Notes under the pieces: generated by a model | The model's database searches: none | Told to the model about the DNA's origin: nothing | The model's input: only the letters and a program-made list of their open reading frames with translations | Source of the DNA: Planctomycetota bacterium | GTDB taxonomy: Bacteria; Planctomycetota; UBA11346 | Direction: 5' to 3' | Assembly (NCBI GenBank): GCA_038213805.1 | Contig: JBBQSO010000016.1 | Location: forward strand, 1-64,000 | DNA length: 64,000 nucleotides | Made by a program: the position numbers and the translations under genes | In this document: positions 58,233 through 64,000 of the stretch, piece by piece | How the letters are laid out: every line of letters starts with the position of its first letter | How positions within the stretch are numbered: position 1 is the stretch's first letter

Positions 58233-59150
58233 ATGTCCATGGAACTCCCCCCCGACCGCTCCCACATCCTGACCGAGGCCCGCAATACGGGCAGCACCGG
58301 ACTGCACCGGTTGTCGGCGGCGGAGTGCGTGCGGCTGATGAACCGCGAGAACGCGGCGGTGCTGGCGGCGATGGAGCAGGCCGAGGCCGCTCTGACAGCG
58401 TTCATCACCGCCGCGGAGCCGGGCTTCATCGCCGGCGGGCGGCTGATCTACCTGGGCGCGGGCACCTCGGGACGGCTCGGCGTGCTCGACGCGTCAGAGG
58501 CGCCACCGACCTTCCAGGTCGAACCGGGGCGCGTGGTCGGAATCATCGCTGGCGGCGACGCGTCGCTGCGCCGTTCCAGCGAGAGCCGCGAGGACGAGAT
58601 CCAGGGCGCGTGGGACGAGCTCACTGCGCTACACCTGGGCCGCCACGACACGGTCATCGGCATCGCGGCCGGTGGCACCACGCCGTATGCACTCGGCGCC
58701 CTGACCTTCGCCAAGACTCAGGCTGCAGAGGCGCCGCTGACCGCCTTCATCTCTTGCACGCCGGTAGTGCGTCCGGAGCACGCCGACCATCTCATCGTGC
58801 TGGCCAGTGGTCCCGAGGTGCTGACCGGTTCGACCCGGCTCAAGGCGGGGACGGTCACCAAGCTCGCGCTCAACACCATCTCGACCACGCTGATGGTGCG
58901 CGCCGGCAAGGCCTACGGCAACCTGATGGTCGATGTGCGCGCGACCAACGCCAAGCTGCGCGACCGCGCCGCGCGCATCGTCGCCGAACTGACCGGTCGC
59001 GACCGCGCCGCCGCCTTCGCCCTGCTCGACGCCGCCGGCGGGACCGTGAAGACAGCGGTGGTCATGGCCCGCTGCGCCCTCGACCGTCCCAGCGCCGAAG
59101 CCCGCCTCGCCGCCCACGCCGGCCGGCTCGATCGCGTGCTGGACGGCTGA
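58233..59150 (+). CDS. murQ: N-acetylmuramic acid 6-phosphate etherase
   Basis: TEARN, GAGTSGRLGVLDASE, GPEVLTGSTRLKAGT and GNLMVDV motifs; start may be 58239. Confidence 0.96.
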   Translation: MSMELPPDRSHILTEARNTGSTGLHRLSAAECVRLMNRENAAVLAAMEQAEAALTAFITAAEPGFIAGGRLIYLGAGTSGRLGVLDASEAPPTFQVEPGRVVGIIAGGDASLRRSSESREDEIQGAWDELTALHLGRHDTVIGIAAGGTTPYALGALTFAKTQAAEAPLTAFISCTPVVRPEHADHLIVLASGPEVLTGSTRLKAGTVTKLALNTISTTLMVRAGKAYGNLMVDVRATNAKLRDRAARIVAELTGRDRAAAFALLDAAGGTVKTAVVMARCALDRPSAEARLAAHAGRLDRVLDG

Positions 59151-59384
59151 TTCCGGGGGTCGCTACCCGACGCGGCAGCGTTGCCCGCGCGTCTTGCCAA
59201 ACGCATGGTCCCAGGGCCGCACCGGGTCGTCTCCCGTCATGCCCGTCGCCTCAGCCCGCTGGCAACTCGCCTGTCGCGACTCGCCGGCTGTACCTCGTGC
59301 CTCCTCCACGCGCCCCCGCCGCCCCGACCCGCCCTTGGACGGGCACCGGGCCACAGTTACGCTCGCCAGCCCCTGGGAGCCCGC

Positions 59385-60119
59385 ATGCAGCGCCTCATCC
59401 CCGCCTTCACCCTGTTCGCGATCGTCACCGGCGGTGCCGTGACGGCCACCGCCGCAGAGGACCTGCCGAGCATCCACGACCTGTTCGTGGGCGTGCTGGT
59501 GACGCCCGTCCCGAAGATCCACGAAGAGACCCATGACAGCGCCAATACGGCGATCGCCACCGACTGGCGCGACCAGGACAGCAACGGTTTCGGCGTCAGC
59601 GTGGTCAGTCTCAATTGCAGCATGACCCATGACTGGGGCGGCATCATGTGGGGCGGCGAACTGGTCACCACCAAGGCGGACATCACCGCCGGCACGCTGC
59701 TGGAATCCGGCAGTCTGCCCGCCTACCGCAACCCGTCGACCGAACGCATGCAGTATCAGACCCTGGGCGCCAATCTGCTGGTCGGATACGAATATGGAAT
59801 CGCGGCGCTGGAGGAGGACGAGTTCGGCGGCTGGGTCGAGGTCCTCGCGGTGCTCGGTGGCGGCGGCGTGCGCGCGGACTCCGAAGACCGCTTGAACCAC
59901 ACCGTCGTGCAGCGTAAGGGCGGCAACGGCGTTTATTACAACTACGGTCTGCGCGTCGCCGGTTTCCTCACCGAGCGGCGCTGGATCTTCGGCGCCTCGG
60001 TCGAGTGGCTGGCCGGCACCGCGCAAGTCGACATCGACTACGGCGGCGCGGCGAGCACGAAGATGACCATCGATCAGAACGGGCTGGGATTCGCGTTCCT
60101 GGCGGGCTACCGGTTCTGA
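59385..60119 (+). CDS. Putative outer-membrane beta-barrel protein
   Basis: GGAG RBS, signal peptide, amphipathic strands, C-terminal FLAGYRF. Confidence 0.75.
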   Translation: MQRLIPAFTLFAIVTGGAVTATAAEDLPSIHDLFVGVLVTPVPKIHEETHDSANTAIATDWRDQDSNGFGVSVVSLNCSMTHDWGGIMWGGELVTTKADITAGTLLESGSLPAYRNPSTERMQYQTLGANLLVGYEYGIAALEEDEFGGWVEVLAVLGGGGVRADSEDRLNHTVVQRKGGNGVYYNYGLRVAGFLTERRWIFGASVEWLAGTAQVDIDYGGAASTKMTIDQNGLGFAFLAGYRF

Positions 60120-60210
60120 GGGACGGGGCCCGCGTGGGTCAGGCTGACCGGACAGCAGGCGCCGAACTCGCGCCCATCCGAAGCCCGCGGCACGGCGGGC
60201 CGGTTCTGGA

Positions 60211-63200
60211 CTAGACCTTCCGCGTGGGCGGCGTCGGAGCCGGCATCGCGCTGCCCGCCGCCGCGCGGATGCGCTCGCACAGCGCCACCACCGCCTGGCG
60301 CTGCGCCGGCAGGTCGGCGCCCAGGCCGAGGTCGGGGAAGTCGGCCAGCATGCGCTCGCATTCCTCACCAAGGCGCGAGCGCGCGGGGCCCCCGATGCGC
60401 GTCACCAGCACGCGGTGCTCGAGGAGGCGCGTGCGCGCCTCGGCGATGGCGTCGCGTTCAGCGGCCACGCGCTTGCCGACTTCAAGCAGGCCGCCACGCA
60501 GGCGACCCTCCGCGAAACCGGCGCCGCTGGGCGCGCCGCGCGCCAGGCCGGCGGGATCGCCGAGCGCCAGCAGGCACTCCTCGAGCACGCCGCCCAGCTC
60601 GCGCACCTGCCCGGCGCAACCCAGGGCCAGGACCAGGCGGGCGGCATCGGCTGGCACGGCGTCGTCCCATACCGCGAGCAGCCCGGCGCAACGGTCGGCG
60701 GCGCGCTTGGTGTCCTGTGGCTTGGTCGCAGCGAGATCGAGGCGGCGGGACAGCGCATCGAGGTAGACATCGGCGCGGCGCAGTGCGTGCCAGGGCAGGC
60801 GCGCCGGCAGGTCGGGCGCGGACAGCCGCGCCACCTGCTCGGCGGCGCTGGCGATCGCCGCCGCCGCGGCCAACGATTTGGCGCCTTGCTTGAGGCGCGC
60901 GCGCAGCGGCTCGGCGCGTGCGCAGATGCGCTCGAGCAGGGCATCGATCTCGCCGCCCGCCGCGACAAGGGCGACCTGGGCGCGTTCCTGTAGGTCGACG
61001 AAGGCCGCCGCGTCGCGGATGCGACCGCGTTCGACGCTGCGCAGCACGCTCAGCGCGCAGGCCCTGCGCAGCGCCCCGCAGCGCGCACCGAACAGGCGCT
61101 CGACGCGCGTGGTCAGCACCAGCGGTGCCGGGGCCAGCGCGAGTGCGGACAGCTCCCCATCGCAGGCCGCCTCGAGCAGCGCGTCCAGGCCGTCATCGTG
61201 CCAGGCCTGCGCGGCAAGGGCGCTGGCGAAGACCGTGCGTCGCGCCGCCACCAGCCCGCGCTCGTCGCGGCAGCGCATCAGCGCGACGTGGCCGGTCACG
61301 CCGCCGGCCGCGACCTCGCCCGGGCAGTCGCCGGGCCAGACGGTGGCCGGCGGCGTCTCCCACAGGCCGCGCAACACGCGCAGGCGATCGCCGGCAGCGG
61401 CGGCCTGAGCAGCGAGGAATTCCGGATCGCGGCCCTCGTAGGCGAGGGTGCCATCGACGCCGCGGATGCGAAAACGCAGGCGCAAATGCGCGGGCAAGGC
61501 CCCGGCCATGAACGGCGGGCAGGGCTGGCCGAGCCGTTCGCGCACCAGTTCGCCGAGCAGCTGCGGCAGACCGCGGCGGGTGGCCGAGTCAGGCAGGGCG
61601 AGGCAGCGCGCGGTCAGGTCGCGGGCGCTGTCGGCGAGCGGGATCAGGCGCCGTCGCAGGTCCTTCGGCAGCTGGCCGAGATACGCCTCGATGGTCTCGG
61701 GCAGCGCACCCGGCACCAGCCAGTCGAGGCGGCCCTGGTCGACCAGCGCGAGCTGGTCCTCACGCAGCTCGAGGGTCGCGCCGTCGTCGGTGTCACCGGG
61801 CACGAAGCGGTAGCGCAGCCCCAGGCGCTGGCCGCCCATCGCGATCTCCTCTGGGAAACCGGCCGCGGCGCGCGCCACCGCCTCGGGGTCGGCGAGGTCG
61901 GCCGCGGCTATTACCAGGCGGTCTTCACCGTGCGTGCGGAACCAGCGGCGCAGCGCGTCGCTGGAGGCGATCACCGGCGGATCGGCGGTGTCCAGGCCGA
62001 GCCGTTCGCGGTAGAATGCCGCGATTTGCGCGTCATCGATCCACAGCGTCGGATCGCGCAGGCGGTCGCGCAGGCGGCGCGCATCGGCCAGAACCGCGCG
62101 GTTGCGCGCGATGACGGGGAACTCGCCGTCAAGGTGCTCGCCACACAGGCCCTCATGCACGAACACCGCGGTCGCGTCCCGCGCATCGATGCGCTCGTAC
62201 GGCACCATGCGCCCGCTTCGCACCGGCAGGCCCTTCCAGGTGACGGTCTCGGTGCACACCACTTGGCGGCGCTTGACGTGCCAGTGCGGATCGCGGTGGC
62301 GGCGGCGCACCCGGTCCCCGGCGAGCTCGACCACCCATTCCGGATCGATGGGCGCGCACAGCCGCGCGAACAGCCGGCTGGTCTCGACCACCTCGCAGGC
62401 GACCAGCCACGGCGGTGGCGGCGGCGCGCGCTTGCCATCGTCGACCTTCCCGGCGCGCAGCGCGCTGCCGGGATGGACGTGCAACTGGCGGTCGCCGGCG
62501 CCGCGGAAGACGCGCTGCTCGGGATCGTACATCAGCACGTTGCCGAGCATGCCGGCGAGCACCGCGCGGTGCACGCGGTCCAGCGGCCACGCCTCGGCCG
62601 GGTGGCCTGTCGGCGGCACGACCGCGCCCTTGGCCTGGCCCGCGCCCGCGGGGCCCGCGCGGCGCTCGCGGATGGCCTGCCACAGCTGGTGGCGCACGTC
62701 CGCCCACTCGCGCATGCGGCGGAAGCCGATGAAGCCCGACTCGCAGAAGCGCTTGCGTGCGGATGCCGAGGCCGCTTCCTGGTAACGGTCCCACAGGCGC
62801 AGCACGGTGGCCAGGTCGCCCGCCTCGTGCGCCATGGCCTTGTGCGCGCTGTCGGCCTTGGACTCGGAGCCGAGCGGCCGCACGCGCGGATCCTGCACCG
62901 ACAGGAAGGCCGCGATGGTGCAGGCCTCGTGCGGCACGCCCTCGGAAAGCCCGGCGAGCAGGATGCGCGCGACCTGGGGGTCGGCGGGGATCGACGCGAG
63001 TTGACGCCCCATGTGGGACAGCGCGGACTGCTGGTCGCGAGGCGCGGAGTGCGGAGTGCGGAGTGCGGAGTGCCGGTCTCCTGGCGCGGTGGCCGCTGCG
63101 CTGGCGTCGCCAGGCGTGCGTTGAGAATCAACCTGCTGCTGGTCGGAGTCCGTGGGGACAGGCCGCCGCTTCGACGCAGGCACCTGCGCATTCCGCACTC

Positions 63201-64000
63201 CGCACTCTGCATCTCTCGGCGGGTCCGCAAACGCCCCGAGTTCATCGAGCAGCGACCTGGCCTGCTGCCACGCATGCCCCACGGGCGCATCCAGCCATGG
63301 GAACGATTCCGGCTGCCCCAGCCCCATGCCCAGGCACTGCAGCAGCACGCCGGCAAGGTTGGAGCGCAGGATCTCGGGTGTGGTGTAGGGATCGCGCGCG
63401 GTGAAGTCCTCCTCGGGGAAGAGGCGGATGCACACGCCGGCCGAGACCCGGCCGGCGCGGCCGGCGCGCTGCGTGCTGCTCGCCTGTGAGATCGCCTCCA
63501 CCGGCAGGCGCTCGGTGCGCGAGCCGGCCTGGTAGCGCTTGATGCGCGCCAAGCCGGTGTCGATGACGTAGCGGATGCCACTGATGGTCAGCGAGGTCTC
63601 GGCGATGTTGGTGGTGAGCACGATCTTGCGCCCGCGCACCGGCTGGAAGACGCGTTGCTGCTCCTTGGGGGTCAGGCGGCTGAACAGCGGCAGCACGGTC
63701 GCCCCGGCGAGGTCGTCGAGGCGGCGGCCAGCCTCGATGATGTCGCGCTCGGTGGGCAGGAAGCACAGCACGTCGCCGGGCTCGCGGTCGCCGTGCACCT
63801 CGCGGATCGCCGACAGTGCCGCGCCGAGGTAGCCGATGTCGTCGTCACCGGGCGGTTGATACCGGATCTCGACCGGGAACATGCGCCCTTCGACCGCGAT
63901 GATCGGCACCGGCGGCGGGACATGCGCGCTCTCCGCCAGCGGCCGCGAGAAGTAGGTGGCGAAGCGCTCGGCCTCGATGCTCGCGGACGCGATCACCACC
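60211..64000 (-). CDS. hrpA: ATP-dependent RNA helicase HrpA (partial; 5' end outside the window) with an in-frame repeat insertion
   Basis: GRMFPVEI, FLPTERDI, TNIAETSLTI, QRAGRAGR, PEILRSNL, HPGS motifs; DUF3418-like C-terminus (YRFVPGDTDDGATL, DWLVPG). Confidence 0.93.
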   Translation of the reverse strand, partial: VVIASASIEAERFATYFSRPLAESAHVPPPVPIIAVEGRMFPVEIRYQPPGDDDIGYLGAALSAIREVHGDREPGDVLCFLPTERDIIEAGRRLDDLAGATVLPLFSRLTPKEQQRVFQPVRGRKIVLTTNIAETSLTISGIRYVIDTGLARIKRYQAGSRTERLPVEAISQASSTQRAGRAGRVSAGVCIRLFPEEDFTARDPYTTPEILRSNLAGVLLQCLGMGLGQPESFPWLDAPVGHAWQQARSLLDELGAFADPPRDAECGVRNAQVPASKRRPVPTDSDQQQVDSQRTPGDASAAATAPGDRHSALRTPHSAPRDQQSALSHMGRQLASIPADPQVARILLAGLSEGVPHEACTIAAFLSVQDPRVRPLGSESKADSAHKAMAHEAGDLATVLRLWDRYQEAASASARKRFCESGFIGFRRMREWADVRHQLWQAIRERRAGPAGAGQAKGAVVPPTGHPAEAWPLDRVHRAVLAGMLGNVLMYDPEQRVFRGAGDRQLHVHPGSALRAGKVDDGKRAPPPPPWLVACEVVETSRLFARLCAPIDPEWVVELAGDRVRRRHRDPHWHVKRRQVVCTETVTWKGLPVRSGRMVPYERIDARDATAVFVHEGLCGEHLDGEFPVIARNRAVLADARRLRDRLRDPTLWIDDAQIAAFYRERLGLDTADPPVIASSDALRRWFRTHGEDRLVIAAADLADPEAVARAAAGFPEEIAMGGQRLGLRYRFVPGDTDDGATLELREDQLALVDQGRLDWLVPGALPETIEAYLGQLPKDLRRRLIPLADSARDLTARCLALPDSATRRGLPQLLGELVRERLGQPCPPFMAGALPAHLRLRFRIRGVDGTLAYEGRDPEFLAAQAAAAGDRLRVLRGLWETPPATVWPGDCPGEVAAGGVTGHVALMRCRDERGLVAARRTVFASALAAQAWHDDGLDALLEAACDGELSALALAPAPLVLTTRVERLFGARCGALRRACALSVLRSVERGRIRDAAAFVDLQERAQVALVAAGGEIDALLERICARAEPLRARLKQGAKSLAAAAAIASAAEQVARLSAPDLPARLPWHALRRADVYLDALSRRLDLAATKPQDTKRAADRCAGLLAVWDDAVPADAARLVLALGCAGQVRELGGVLEECLLALGDPAGLARGAPSGAGFAEGRLRGGLLEVGKRVAAERDAIAEARTRLLEHRVLVTRIGGPARSRLGEECERMLADFPDLGLGADLPAQRQAVVALCERIRAAAGSAMPAPTPPTRKV
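63044..63212. repeat. Inverted heptamer-repeat element inside hrpA: (GCGGAGT)x4 ... (ACTCCGC)x3
   Basis: Arms at 63044-63073 and 63188-63212; translated as ECGVRN...HSALRTPHSA. Confidence 0.88.

Noticed and set aside
46280..63489. Other long ORFs (46280-48868, 51021-52802, 54584-56788, 61198-63489)
   Set aside because: They are shadows overlapping serA/ogt, the protease and dehydrogenase, GH20 and hrpA, and have no recognisable domains.

Overview
A very GC-rich bacterial chromosome segment, most likely from the PVC superphylum (probably Planctomycetota). That placement is inferred from the GGVG-type ribosomal L28, the prepilin/LamG giant-protein pair and the GYRF-ending beta-barrels. Housekeeping genes include tatD, trmL, a DEAD-box helicase, glnE, ribE, queA, rpmB, tRNA-Cys(GCA), serA, ogt and a truncated hrpA. 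Transport and envelope genes include a BMP-type nucleoside ABC transporter, a GldF/GldG-like pair, fluC/crcB, a split MFS/spermidine-synthase pair, two outer-membrane barrels and a secreted S8/S53-like protease with a C-terminal anchor. Small orphan genes are scattered between these. Four things stand out. (1) Several intergenic elements are built from 7- or 8-bp tandem repeats, often as inverted pairs and with a different unit at most loci; one sits in-frame inside hrpA. (2) A second MITE/REP-like family has an AACAGGAGGCGCGGAG core, and one copy has a 117-bp tandem duplication. (3) A candidate non-canonical peptidoglycan-recycling locus (Na+/solute symporter, GH20, anmK, murQ) has no ampG or nagZ in the window. 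(4) A prepilin-LamG gene is coupled to a 1830-aa GspK/PilX-like giant with an internal repeated module. No CRISPR array, integrase or transposase was recognised. All calls are by eye from motifs; no searches were run.
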